From assembly GCF_004010195.1 (NCBI RefSeq), contig NC_057752.1, positions 16,102,793-16,166,792 on the forward strand: 64,000 nucleotides of DNA, written 5' to 3'. Made by a program: the position numbers and the translations under genes. The first letter of the stretch is position 1, and each line of letters starts with the position of its first letter. Positions 38,251-51,345 of this stretch are shown here, piece after piece. The notes below the pieces were generated by a model. The model worked only from the letters and a program-made list of their open reading frames with translations. It had not been told where the DNA came from and did not search any database. This DNA is from Chiloscyllium plagiosum. Taxonomy: Eukaryota.

Positions 38251-40502
38251 GAAATTTTTGAAAAAAAAACACGCGGGTGTGGCTGTAAGTCAAATGTTTT
38301 TGCATTGACCTTCCTGTGTACAAACTGAACTGAGCAAACACGGCACTGAGTTCCCAAATCAACTGGACAGAATTTGCGAAAATGAAGGTTGGGGGTGGAG
38401 TGCAGACTGAGAAATGAAAACCTACAAATCTTGGAGCAGAAAAGGGTGCGGCCGCTGAAGCAGGGAAGGAAAGGCCCAGCCTAAGGAAAGGAATGCAAGA
38501 CTACAGCTCTCACATGTTGCTACAGAAACAGCGTGGTATTATTCATGATGAGCTGCAGGCAGCTCTCAGTAAAAGGGAACAGAGAGGTTGAGCAATGTTG
38601 GCTGCCCGTGCTTCACTCTCTGGGTAGAAACACCCGTTTAGTACAACAGGAAGAAACTTGGCTGTAAGAAAGCAAGTTGTTGTGGTCCAGTGCTATGCAT
38701 CAAAGCCTTGGAGCACAGGGTCACGGTATACATGCTGCAGTACGGGCTATGTTCAAAATATCATTGAAGGTTCCCCTCCAAGTGCCACATAATTCTCATG
38801 ATCACTGCCTCCTTCCTTATGAGGATGACGCGATGTTATCCTGCAGATTCACAAGTCCACAGGAAAGGCGAACTGAGCACAACAGAACCGGAAACAAGGA
38901 AGTTGCTAAATTTGTACTGAAGCTTAGTTAGAGAGCTGACTGTAACTCCCTGGAGAGGGTGCAGGGAAGATCGACAGGGATGCGTGTATGTAGAGATGAG
39001 TGAAGGATTGACAGACTTACCTGTTCTTTGTGGATATAGGAAAAAAGGCTGGCACTGGAAGGGTTAAGGTGATGAAAGATCTCAGCAAAGTGGATGCAGC
39101 AACAACACTTCCGCCTATCAGGGAGAGCAATCAGACTAAGATAGTTACTAAGGAAATTAACAGAGAATTCAGCCAAAATCTCTGGAGCCAAAAGTTGGTA
39201 AAAAAAATTGGAACGGTCAGCCACAGGGAGCAGCTGAAGAGAACAGTATCTAAGGGGAAGCCAATGAGGGAGAAGGGGTTTAGAGATTTATGAGAACAGA
39301 TTTCCATGTAGGAAGATGGGAGGAAACTTGAGTGAAGTATGAACAGCAGCATGGACTGGTTGGGCCAAATGGCCTGTTTGCCCTATAGTTTCTACATTCC
39401 TGGAGCCCCTTCGGCCCTCCAAGCCTGAGCCGATCCAAATCCGCTGTTATACCACAGAACCCTCTGTGCACAGCAGGTGTGCTGGCTATCACTCCTGTTC
39501 GGTGGGAGCCGAGGCATGAAACATCTCAAGAGTGATCCTGACAGTTCCATTGTTTTATTTAATGAAGTTAAAAATCATACAACATCAGATTATGGTTCAA
39601 CGGGTTTGTTTGAAAGTACAGCCAAGTCATTAAGATCAAGTTTCAAAACTGTCGTTCTTGTTTCCAGCCAAGGGTCAGGGGTGACAGATCACCGCCCAAC
39701 ATGGTCAATTGTTGGAAAAACCCATCCAGGTCACTAATGAAGGAAACCGTCATCCTCACCTGGTCTGGCCTACATGTGACTCCAGACCGACAGCAATGGG
39801 GTTCACGATGTGCAGTTGAAGCAGGAAACCCTACAACTTTTAAAAGGTACTTGATGGGCCAAATGGCCTCCTCTGGTGACTTTATGACAACACAGCCTTT
39901 AGGCAGGATCTTCCAGAAGGCAGCCTGAGACTGCTGGCCCAATCAGAAGGGGTCTTAGGTGTGCGGGATTAGGGAGTTGCTGTCACCTGAAAGAGGGGGG
40001 AACCATAAAGGCATCTTCGCCTTGAAGTGTCTGCTAAAAGATTTCAGTTGTTTTGAGTGGATTGTGGGCACAGTTCACAGGCAAATAGGCCAAAAGGACT
40101 CTGCCCTACTTCCCTAAGCCCTACTGACAGGGAGCAGGACTGCTCAAGCTAACTCCTTTCTCACCCAACAGAGGATCCAAGTGATAGTGCCCAAAATTGA
40201 TGAGGTCTGGATGGGAGGCCTCAGCACCTCCATACATTCCTGACAGGTTTGTATTTGGGAGGGAATCTGTCACCCCATACCAATCTGTGACCCTACCCTC
40301 CACCATCCTCCAGGTGTCAGTGTCAAACCCAGCCCAGAGAGGGAGGAACTGTCCACCTGGACAGGAGCTGGTTCACAATGTTACTCCCTGAGTGTAGTGG
40401 GGTTTCAGTGGCCAGTGGAGAAGATCTCCGGCCCCACTTTATCCCTTATTGCGACTGACCCCGAACTGCATCCTCCTCAATCATGCGTAGGTGATCTCTT
40501 TT

Positions 40503-40590
40503 GATACATGATTACCTATGGATACATGATCACCTATAGATACATGATCTCCTATGGATATATGATCATGTATGGATAGATAATCATGTA
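40503..40590. repeat. 18-bp tandem repeat (gatacatgatcacctatg), ~5 copies
   Basis: Seen directly. Confidence 0.85.
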
Positions 40591-40640
40591 CGCAGCAAAA
40601 GTGTCATTCAGTATAATCTGAAGCCAGGAGTGGCTATGTA

Positions 40641-41731
40641 CAGCCAGTGGGGTTCCCCAAAACTAGCCAGTGGGGTTCCCCAATACCAGCCAGTGGTGTT
40701 CCCCAAAACCAGCCAGTGGGGTTACCCAATACCAGCCAGTGGGGTTCTCCAAAACCAGCCAGTGGGGTTCCCCAATACCAGCCAGTGGTGTTCCCCAAAA
40801 CCAGCCAGTGGGGTTCCCCAATACCAGCCAGTGGTGCTCCCCAATATCAGCCAGTGGGGTTCCCCAAAACCAGCCAGTGGTGTTCCCCAAAACCAGCCAG
40901 TGGGGTTCCCCAATACATGCCAGTGGTGTTCCCCAAAACCAGCCAGTGGGGTTCTCCAATACCAGCCAGTGGGGTTCCCCAATACCAGCCAGTGGTGCTC
41001 CCCAATACCAGCCAGTGGGGTTCCCCAATACCAGCCAGTGGGGTTCCCCAAAACCAGCCAGTGGGGTTCTCCAATACCAGCCAGTGGGGTTCTCCAATAC
41101 CAGCCAGTGGGGTTCCCCAAAACCAGCCAGTGGGGTTCCCCATAACCAGCCAGTGGGGTTACCCAATACCAGCCAGTGGGGTTCTCCAATACCAGCCAGT
41201 GGGGTTCCCCAATACCAGCCAGTGGGGTTACCCAAAACCAGCCAGTGGTGTTCCCCAAAACCAGCCAGTGGGGTTCTCCAATACCAGCCAGTGGGGTTCC
41301 CCAAAACCAGCCAGTGGGGTTACCCAATACCAGCCAGTGGGGTTCACCAATACCAGCCAGTGGGGTTCCCCAAAACCAGCCAGTGGGGTTCTCCAATACC
41401 AGCCAGTGGGGTTCCCCAAAACCAGCCAGTGGGGTTCCCCAATACCAGCCAGTGGGGTTCCCCAAAACCAGCCAGTGGGGTTACCCAATACCAGCCAGTG
41501 GGGTTCACCAATACCAGCCAGTGGGGTTCCCCAAAACCAGCCAGTGGGGTTACCCAATACCAGCCAGTGGGGTTCACCAATACCAGCCAGTGGGGTTCCC
41601 CAATACCAGCCAGTGGGGTTCCCCAATACCAGCCAGTGGGGTTCCCCAATACCAGCCAGTGGGGTTCCCCAATACCAGCCAGTGGGGTTCCCCAATACCA
41701 GCCAGTGGGGTTCCCCAATACCAGCCAGTGG
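40641..41731. repeat. 23-bp minisatellite (cagccagtggggttccccaatac), ~47 copies up to a gap
   Basis: Seen directly; highly homogeneous. Confidence 0.97.
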
Positions 41732-42314
41732 NNNNNNNNNNNNNNNNNNNNNNNNNNNNNNNNNNNNNNNNNNNNNNNNNNNNNNNNNNNNNNNNNNNNN
41801 NNNNNNNNNNNNNNNNNNNNNNNNNNNNNNNNNNNNNNNNNNNNNNNNNNNNNNNNNNNNNNNNNNNNNNNNNNNNNNNNNNNNNNNNNNNNNNNNNNNN
41901 NNNNNNNNNNNNNNNNNNNNNNNNNNNNNNNNNNNNNNNNNNNNNNNNNNNNNNNNNNNNNNNNNNNNNNNNNNNNNNNNNNNNNNNNNNNNNNNNNNNN
42001 NNNNNNNNNNNNNNNNNNNNNNNNNNNNNNNNNNNNNNNNNNNNNNNNNNNNNNNNNNNNNNNNNNNNNNNNNNNNNNNNNNNNNNNNNNNNNNNNNNNN
42101 NNNNNNNNNNNNNNNNNNNNNNNNNNNNNNNNNNNNNNNNNNNNNNNNNNNNNNNNNNNNNNNNNNNNNNNNNNNNNNNNNNNNNNNNNNNNNNNNNNNN
42201 NNNNNNNNNNNNNNNNNNNNNNNNNNNNNNNNNNNNNNNNNNNNNNNNNNNNNNNNNNNNNNNNNNNNNNNNNNNNNNNNNNNNNNNNNNNNNNNNNNNN
42301 NNNNNNNNNNNNNN

Positions 42315-42525
42315 CTGGGAGTGTTTGATGGGGGGACAGTGTAGAGGGAGCCTTCCTCTGTATCTAACCCCGTGCTGTCCTTGTCCCTGGGAGTGTTTGA
42401 TGGGGGACAGTGTAGAGGGAGCTTTACTCTGTATCTAACCCCGTGTTGTCCCTTTCCCTGGGAGTGTTTGATGGGGGACAGTGTAGAGGGAGCTTTACTC
42501 AGTATCTAACCCCGTGCTGTCCTTG
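42315..42525 (-). repeat. ~71-bp minisatellite, inverted relative to 32221-33630
   Basis: Reverse complement of the same unit. Confidence 0.92.
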
Positions 42526-43649
42526 TGCTGACACAACGTGAATGGGTGCCGTTGGAAACCTTCCATCTTTGTCTGACATGTGTTTATTAAAGTGGAGCAT
42601 GTTGTTGGAGGATGTGACTGTGTTGTGTTGTGGGTTTGTGAGGACTGGGTCGCAGGTTTGATATGCATTGCTGTGTGCATTGAGCCTGTTTTGAGTATTA
42701 ATGCCACTCTGGTGAGTTTCCTTGTGCAGTTTTGAAACAGTTTTGTGGAGCTGCAGCTAAAGGGTTTTGTTTTTGCAGAGAGTGGGGGTTGGGAAGGGAG
42801 TGCCGTTTGAATATCTCATGTTCTGCAAAGATTATCTTGTTGCCTGTGGCGACTGTGCCTTGGTTCAGTGTTAAATCGAGGCCGTTAAAACCAACCACAT
42901 AACCACTTCCTGCTTTCAAAAATGTAGTGCAGCAACAAGCAGGCAAGCAAGAACGAGAACTGAGTCAGTCTAGAACATTCCATCTCACCACTACTTATCT
43001 GTGCTGTCATGTTGAAGCACATTCTTCCATTTTGAAATTCCATCAATTCTCATCTCATGAAATTATTTTTTTGACTCTCTACCCCTCGCTTTCACAATTC
43101 CTTTCTGATCTGTAATTCCAAGTAAATCCACTTTGGATAGCCTAGAGGTATTATCATTGGACTATTACTGCCAAGATCTGGTCATTGTGCTTGAGGTCTT
43201 AGGTTTGAATCCCACTGCAGTGTGCATTAGAACCTGAATTCATTTGGATGAGGGGGTGGGGGAGGAAAATCTGGAATTATGAATCTAATGATGACCATGA
43301 TTATTTGTTATTGGGAATACCCACCTGGTTCACTGTTGGTCATTGTGGAGGGAAATCCTTATCCAGTTTGGTCCGGCCTACACATGACTCCAGACCAACA
43401 GCAATATGGTCAGCTCCCCAACCAGTCCCTACCCTGGGGAATTAGAGATGGGTAATAAAAACTGGCACAGCTGGTAACATCTACATCTCAAGAATTAACT
43501 TTTAAAAAAATCTCTCCTCAACAACTCCATCGCCTCCCTGCCACCAAATACTTTCCACGGTGTGGGGCGGGGAGGTAGATCTGTTTGTCCCTTCCTTTAG
43601 CCCCCTCGGGGTTGAGCAAGAGCCAAGACGTTGGGCAGCCCAAGAGTGT

Positions 43650-44083
43650 GGGCAGCACGGTGGCTCAGTGGTTAGCACTGCTGCCTCACAGCATCAGGGA
43701 CCCGGGTTTGATTCCAGCCTCAGGCAACTGTCTGTGTGGAGTTTGCACGTTCTCCCCGTGTCTGCGTGGGTTTCCTCCGGGTGCTCCGGTTTCCTCCCAT
43801 AGTCCAAAGATGTGCAGGTCAGGTGAATTGGCCATGCTAAATTGCCCATAGTGTTAGGTGCACTAGTTAGAGGGAAATGGGTCTTGGTGGGTTACTCTTC
43901 GGAGAGGAGAAAGTGAGGTCTGCAGATGCTGGAGATCAGAGCTGAAAATGTGTTGCTGGAAAAGCGCAGCAGGTCAGGCAGCATCCAAGGAGCAGGAGAA
44001 TCGACGTTTCGGGCATAAGCCCTTCCTGAAGAAGGGTTGGGCTGAAGGGCCTGTTTCCACACTGTAGGGAATCTAATCTAATC
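43650..44083 (+). mobile_element. HE1-type V-SINE with a nested family A PLE insert (~43905-44036)
   Basis: Intact head and V-domain; tail interrupted by gagaaagtgaggtctgcagatgc...gcccttcctgaagaaggg. Confidence 0.92.
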
Positions 44084-44477
44084 TGCACTGGGCTCTATCA
44101 GGAACGCTGTTGGGTTCTCTCTCTGTCTCTACCCCTCTGGCTGTTCCCACATGGGAATGAGGAGATGGGTCAGGCTGCTGTCATCCTGCAGATTTCCTTT
44201 GCAAATTACAGCTCGTGTTGCCATGGAGATGGTAATGATCGAAGAGGAGCAGTAGGATAGAGGTAGCCCTGGGAGCCAGCTGTGTTCCAGCCTCTGATAA
44301 CCCAGGTCACCTCAGGGCTGGCTGTCAAAGTACTGCCACCCAGACCCCAGCCAACTGACTGGTCAGGGGTTTCACTCTCATCTGTCAGATGCTGAGGAAC
44401 ACGACCAATAGATGGGAGGCAGTCACATCACGCCCAGCTCTGTGCTGGATACTGAGCATTACTCTGTGTGACACAAC

Positions 44478-44511
44478 CACCTGACGAAGGAGCAGCGCTC
44501 CGAAAGTAGTG
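44478..44511 (+). ncRNA. Minimal hammerhead ribozyme motif (family B; element ~44470-44562)
   Basis: cac-CTGACGA-a-ggagc-agc-gctcc-GAAA-g(c)ta-gtg: perfect 5-bp stem II, stem I cac/gtg; lacks one base of the AGCT palindrome seen in the copies at ~3754 and ~15757. Confidence 0.55.
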
Positions 44512-44602
44512 CTTCCAAATAAACCTGTTGGACTGTAACCTGGTGTTGTGTGATTTTTAACACTGGTTAGTGGAGATCATGCTGTCAGTGGGAATGTCAG
44601 AG

Positions 44603-47600
44603 GTGTGTGTGTATGTGTGTGTGGGACTTTACCCCAGTGAGAGTCTGTGTGTGTGTGTGAGATTCTATACCCCAGTGAGAGTCAATGTGTGTGTGTGTGA
44701 GAGAGACTGTTCCCCAATGAGAGAGAGTGTGTGTGTGACTGTACCCCAGTGAGAGTCTGTGTGTGTGAGAGAGACTGTTCCCCAGTGAGAGAGAGTGTGT
44801 GTGTGACTGTACCCCAGTGAGAGTCTGTGTGTGTGAGAGAGACTGTTCCCAAGTGAGAGAGAGTGTGTGTGTGAGAGAGACTGTACACCAGTGAGAGTCA
44901 GTGTGTGTGTGTGTGTGTGTGACTGTACCCCAGTGAGAGTCTCTGTGTGTGTGTGTGTGACTGTACCCTGGTGAGAGTCAGTGTGTGTGTGTGTGACTGT
45001 ACCCCGGTGAGAGTCTGTGTGTGTGTCTGTACCCCAGTGAGAGTCAGTGGGTGTGCGGGACTGTACGCCAGTCAAAATCAGTGTGTGTGTGGGACTGTAC
45101 CCCAGTGAGAGTCGGTGAGTGCGTGGGGGAATGTACCCCAGTGAGACACAGTGTGTATATGACCCTGTACCCCAGTGAGGGTAACTGTGCATATGACCCT
45201 GTACTCCAGTGAGGGTCACTGTGTGTATATGACCCTGTACTCCAGTGAGGGTCACTGTGTGTATATGACCCTGTACTCCTGTGAGGGTCACTGTGTGTAT
45301 ATGACCCTGTATCCCAGTGAGGGTCAGTGTGTATATGACCCATAGCCCACTGGGGTCACTGTGTATATGACTCCGTATCTCAGTGAGGGTCAGTGTGTGT
45401 ATATGACCCCGTACCCCAGTGAGGGTCACTGTGTATATGACTCCGTATCCCAGTGAGGGTCAGTGTGTGTATATGACCCCGTACCCCAGTGAGGGTCGCT
45501 GTGTATATGACTTGGTATCCCAGTGAGGCTCAGTGTGTGTGTGAGACCCCATACCCCAGTGAGGGTCAGTTTATATATATGACCCCGTAACCCAGTGGAA
45601 GTCAGTGTGTATATGACCCCGTACCCCAGTGAGGGTCAGTGTGTGTATATGACCCCGTACCCTAGTGAGGGTCAGTGTGTGTATATGACCTCGTACCCCA
45701 GTGAGGGTCAGGGCGTGTATATGACCCCGTACCCCAGTGAGAGTCACTGTATATATGACCCCGTACCCCAGTGAGGGTCACTTGGTGTATATGACCCCGT
45801 ACCCCAGTGAGGGTCACTGTGTGTATATGACCCTGTACCCCAGTGAGAGTCAGTGTATGTATATGACGCTGAACCACAGTGAGGGTCAGTGTGTGTATAT
45901 GACCCCGTACCCCAGTGAGGGTCAGTGTGTGTATATGACCCCATACCCCAGTGTGGATCAATGTGTGTATATGACTCCGTACCCCAGTGAGAGTCAGTGT
46001 GTGTATATGAGCCCGTACCCCAGTGAGGGTCAGTGTGTATATATGACCCCGTATCCCAATGAGGGTTACTGTGTTATATGACCCCATACCCCAGTAAGGG
46101 TCAGTGTGTGTGAGAACCCGTACCCCAGTGAGGGTCACTGTGTGTCGATGACCCCGTACCCCAGTGAGGGTCGGTGTGTGTATATGACCCTGTTCCTCAG
46201 TGAGGGTCAGTGTATATATATGACCCCGTACCCCAGTGAGGTCCAGTGTGTATATATGACCCCGTACCCAATTGAAGGTCAGTGTGTGTGTGAGACCCCA
46301 TACCCCAGTGGGGGTTACTGTGTGTATATGACCCCGGAGCCCAGTGAGGTCCAGTGTGTGTATATGACCCCGTACCCCAGTGAGGGTCACTGTATATATG
46401 ACCCCGTACCTCAGTGAGTGCCAGTGTGTGTATATGACTCCGTACCCCAGTGAGTGCTAGTGTATATATATGACCCCGTACCCCAGTGAGGGTCAGTGTA
46501 AATATATGACCCCGTACCACAGTAAGGGTCAGTGTATAGATATGACCCCGTACCCCAGTGAGGGTCAGTGTGTGTATATGACCAGTACCTCAGTGAGGAT
46601 CAGTGTATATATATGACCCGTTCCCCAGTGAGGGTCAGTGTATATATATGACCCTGTACCCCAGTGAGGGACACTTGGTGTATATGACCCCGTACCCCAG
46701 TGAGGGTCACTGTGTGTATATGACCCTGTACCCCAGTGAGGGTCAGTGCATGAATATGACCCTGAACCCCAGTGAGAGTCAGTGTGTGTATATGATCCCG
46801 TACCCCAGTGAGAGTCAGAGTGTCTATATGACCCCGTATATCAGTGAGGATCAGTGTGTGTATATGACCCCGTACCCCAGTGAGGGTCACTGTGTGCATA
46901 TGACCCCGTATCCCAGTGAGGATCAGTGTGTATATATGACCCTATACCCCAGTGAGGGTCAGTGTATATATTTGACCCCGTACCCCAGTGGAGGTCAGTG
47001 TATATATATGACCCCGGAGCCCAGTGAGGGTCACTGTGTGTGTATATGACCCCGTACCCCAGTGAGGGTCAGTGTGTGTGTAAGACCCCATACCCCAGTG
47101 AGAGTCAGTGTGTGTATGACCCCGTACCCCAGTGAGAATCAGTGTGTGTATATGACCCTGTACCCCATTGAGAGTCAGTGTGTTAGTGAGACCCTGTACC
47201 CCAGTGAGGGTCAGTGTGTATATATGACCCCGTACACCAGTGAGGGTCGGGGTGTGTATATGACCCCGTACCCCAGTGAGGGTCAATGTGTATAGATGAC
47301 CCCGTACCCCAGTGAGAGTCACTGTATATATGACCTCGTACCCCAGTGAGGGACACTTGGTGTATATGACCCCGTACCCCAGTGAGGGTCACTGTGTGTA
47401 TATGACCGTGTACCCCAGTGAGAGTCAGTGTATGAATATGACCCTGAACCCCAGTGAGGGTCAGTGTGTGTATATGATCCCGTACCCCAGTGAGGGACAG
47501 TGTGTGTATATGACCCTGTACCCCAGTGAGGGTCAGTGTATATATATGATCCCCCAGTGAGGGTCAGTGTATATATATGACCCCGTACCCCAGTGAGGGT

Positions 47601-50600
47601 CAGTGTGTGCATATGACCCCATACCCCAGTGAGAGCAGTGTATTTATATTACCCCGAACCCCAGTGGGGGTCAGTGTGTGTATATGTCCCCGTACCCCAG
47701 TGGGGGTCAGTGTGTGTATATGACCCCCTACCCCAGTGAGAGTCAGTGTATATATATCACCCCGAACCCCGGTGGGGGTCAGTGTGTGTATATGTCCCCG
47801 TACCCCAGTGGGGGTCAGTGTGTGTATATGACCCCCTACCCCAGTGAGAGTCAGTGTATATATATCACCCCGAACCCCGGTGGGGGTCAGTGTGTGTATA
47901 TGTCCCCGTACCCCAGTGGGGGTCAGTGTGTGTATATGACCCAGTACCCCAGTGAGAGTCAGTGTGTGTATATGACCCCGTACCCCAGTGAGGGTCAGTG
48001 TGTGTATATGACCCCGTACCCCAGTCAGGGTCGGTGTATGTATATGACCCCATACCCCAGTGAGGGTCAGTGTGTGTATATGACCCCGTACACCAGTAAG
48101 GGTCAGTGTGTGTGAGAACCCGTACCCCAGTGAGGGTCAGTGTGTGTATATGACCCCGTACCCCAGTAAGGGTCAGTGTGTGTGAGAACCCGTACCCCAG
48201 TGAGGGTCAGTGTGTGNNNNNNNNNNNNNNNNNNNNNNNNNNNNNNNNNNNNNNNNNNNNNNNNNNNNNNNNNNNNNNNCAGTGAGTGCCAGTGTGTGTA
48301 TATGACTCCGTACCCAGTGAGGGTCAATTTGTGTATATGACCCCGTACCCCAGTGAGGGTCGGAGTGTGTATATGACCCCATACCCCAGTGAGGGTCAAT
48401 GTGTGTATATGACCCCGTACCCCAGTGAGGGACTGTGTATATATATGACCCCGTACCCCAGTGAGGGTCAGTGTGTGTATATGATCCCGTACCCCAGTGA
48501 GAGTCAGTGTGTGTATATGACCCCGTACCCCAGTGAGGGTCACTGTGTGCATATGACCCCGTATCCCAGTGAGGATCAGTGTGTATATATGACCCTAAAC
48601 CCCAGTGAGGGTCAGTGTATATATTTGACCCCGTATCCCAGTGGAGGTCAGTGTATATATATGACCCCGGAGCCCAGTGAGGGTCACTGTGTGTGTATAT
48701 GACCCCGTGCCCCAGTGAGGGTCAGTGTGTGTGTAAGACCCCGTACCCCAGTGAGGGTCAGTGTGTGTATATGACCCCATACCCCAGTGAGGGTCAGTGT
48801 GTGTATATGATCCCGTACCCCAGTGAGGGACAGTGTGTGTATATGACCCTGTACCCCAGTGAGGGTCAGTATATATATATGTTCCCCAGTGAGGGTCAGT
48901 GTATATATATGACCCCGTACCCCAGTGAGGGTCAGTGTGTGCATATGACCCCGTACCCCAGTGAGAGGCAGTGTATGTATATGACCCCGTACCCCAGTGA
49001 GGGTCAGTGTGTGTATATGACCCCGTACACCAGTCAGGGTCGGTGTGTGTATATGACCCCGTACCCCAGTAAGGGTCAGTGTGTGTATATGACCCCGTTC
49101 CTCAGTGAGGGTCAGTGTGTATATATGACCCCGTACCCAATTGAGGGTCAGTGTGTGTGTGAGACCCCATACCCCAGTGAGGGTTACTGTGTGTATATGA
49201 TCCCGTACCCCAGTGAGGGTCGGAGTGTGTATATGACCCCATACCCCAGTGAGGGTCAATGTGTGTTATATATATGACCGCGTACCCCAGTGAGGGTCAG
49301 TGTGTGTATATGACCCCGTACCCCAGTGAGGGTCAGTGTGTGTGTGAGACCCCGTACCCCAGTGAGGGTCAGTGTGTGTGTGAGACCCCGTACCCCAGTG
49401 AGGGTTACTGTGTGTATATGACCCCGTACCCCAGTGAGGGTTACTGTGTGTATATGACCCCGTACCCCAGTGAGGGTCGGAGTGTGTATATGACCCCATA
49501 CCCCAGTGAGGGACAGTGTATATATATGACCCCGTACCCAATTGAGGGTCAGTGTGTGTGTGAGACCCCGTACCCCAGTGAGGGTTACTGTGTGTATATG
49601 ACCCCGTACCCCTGTGAGGGTCGGAGTGTGTATATGACCCCATACCCCAGTGAGGTTCAGTGTGTGTATATGACCCCGTACCCCAGTGAGAGTCACTGTA
49701 TATATGACCCCGTACCTCAGTGAGTGCCAGTGTGTGTATATGACTCCGTACCGCAGTGAGAGTCACTGTATATATGACCCCGTACCCCAGTGAGGGTCAG
49801 TGTGTGTATATGACCCCGTTCCTCAGTGGGGGTCAGTGTGTGTATATGACCCCGTACCCCATTGGGGGTCAGTGTGTGTATATGACCCCGTACCCCATTG
49901 GGGGTCAGTGTGTGTGTATGACCCCGTACCCCAGTGGGGGTCAGTGTGTGTATATGACCCCGAACCCCAGTGGGGGTCAGTGTGTGTATATGACCCCGTA
50001 CCCCAGTGGTGGTCAGTGTGTGTATATGACCCTGTACCCCAGTGGGGGTCAGTGTGTGTATATGACCCTGTACCCCAGTGGGGGTCAGTGTGTGTATATG
50101 ACCCCGTACCCCAGTGGGGGTCAGTGTATATATATGACCCCGTACCCCAGTGAGGTCCAGTGCGTATATATGACCCCGTACCCAATTGAGGGTCAGTGTG
50201 TGTGTGAGACCCCATACCCCAGTGAGGGTTACTGTGTGTATATGACCCCGTACCCCAGTGAGGGTCGGAGTGTGTATATGACCCCATAGGATCATATACA
50301 GGACCCCTTCCTGAAGAAGGGCTAATGCCCGAAACGTCGATTCTCCTGTTCCCTAGATGCTGCCTGACCTGCTGCGCTTTTCCAGCAACACATTTCCATC
50401 ATATGACCCCATACCCCAGTGAGGGTCAATGTGTGTATATGACCCCGTACCCCAGTGAGGGACAGTGTATATATATGACCCCGTACCCCAGTGAGTGCCA
50501 GTGTGTGTATATGACTCCATACCCAGTGAGGGTCAATGTGTGTATATGACCCCGTACCCCAGTGAGAGTCATTGTATATATGACCCCGTACCTCAGTGAT

Positions 50601-51345
50601 TGCCAGTGTGTGTATATGACCCTGTACCCCAGTGAGGGACAGTGTATGTATATGACCCCGTACCCCAGTGAGGGTCAGTGTGTGTATATGACCCCGTACC
50701 CCCCTGAGGGTCAGTGTGTGTATATGACCCCGTACCCCACTGAGGGTCAGTGTGTGTATATGACCCCGTACCCCAGTGAGGGTCAGTGTGTGTATATGAC
50801 CCCGAACCCCAGTGGGGGTCAGTGTGTGTATATGACCCCGTACCCCAGTGGGGGTCAGTGTGTGTATATGACCCCGTACCCCAGTGGGGGTCAGTGTGTG
50901 TAAATGACCCCGAACCCCAGTGAGGGTCAGTGTGTGTATATGACCCCGAACCCCAGTGGGGGTCAGTGTGTGTATATGACCCCGTACCCCAGTGGGGGTC
51001 AGTGTGTGTATGTGACCCCGTACCCCAGTGGGGGTCAGTGTGTGTATATGACCCCGAACCCCAGTGGGTGTCAGTGTTTGTATATGACCCCGTACCCCAG
51101 TGGGGGTCAGTGTGTGTATATGACCCCGTACCCCAGTGGGGGACAGTGTGTGTATATGACCCCGTACCCCAGTGGGGGACACTGTGTGTATATGACCCCG
51201 TACCCCAGTGGGGGTCAGTGCGTGTATATGACCCCGTACCCCAGTGGGGGACAGTGCGTGTATATGACCCCGTACCCCAGTGGGGTCTGTGTGTGTATAT
51301 GACCCCGTACCCCAGTGGGGGTCAGTGTGTGTATATGAGCCCGTC
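44603..51345. repeat. 36-bp minisatellite array (gaccccgtaccccagtgagggtcagtgtgtgtatat), ~6.7 kb
   Basis: Seen directly; 12-aa periodic pseudo-ORFs; PLE family A insert at ~50289-50399; small gap at 48217-48279. Confidence 0.98.

Noticed and set aside
40630..42438. Long ORFs in many frames (PASGVPQYQPVGFPNTSQWGSP...)
   Set aside because: Translation of a stop-poor 23-bp tandem repeat extended through an N-gap; the same peptide appears in all frames.
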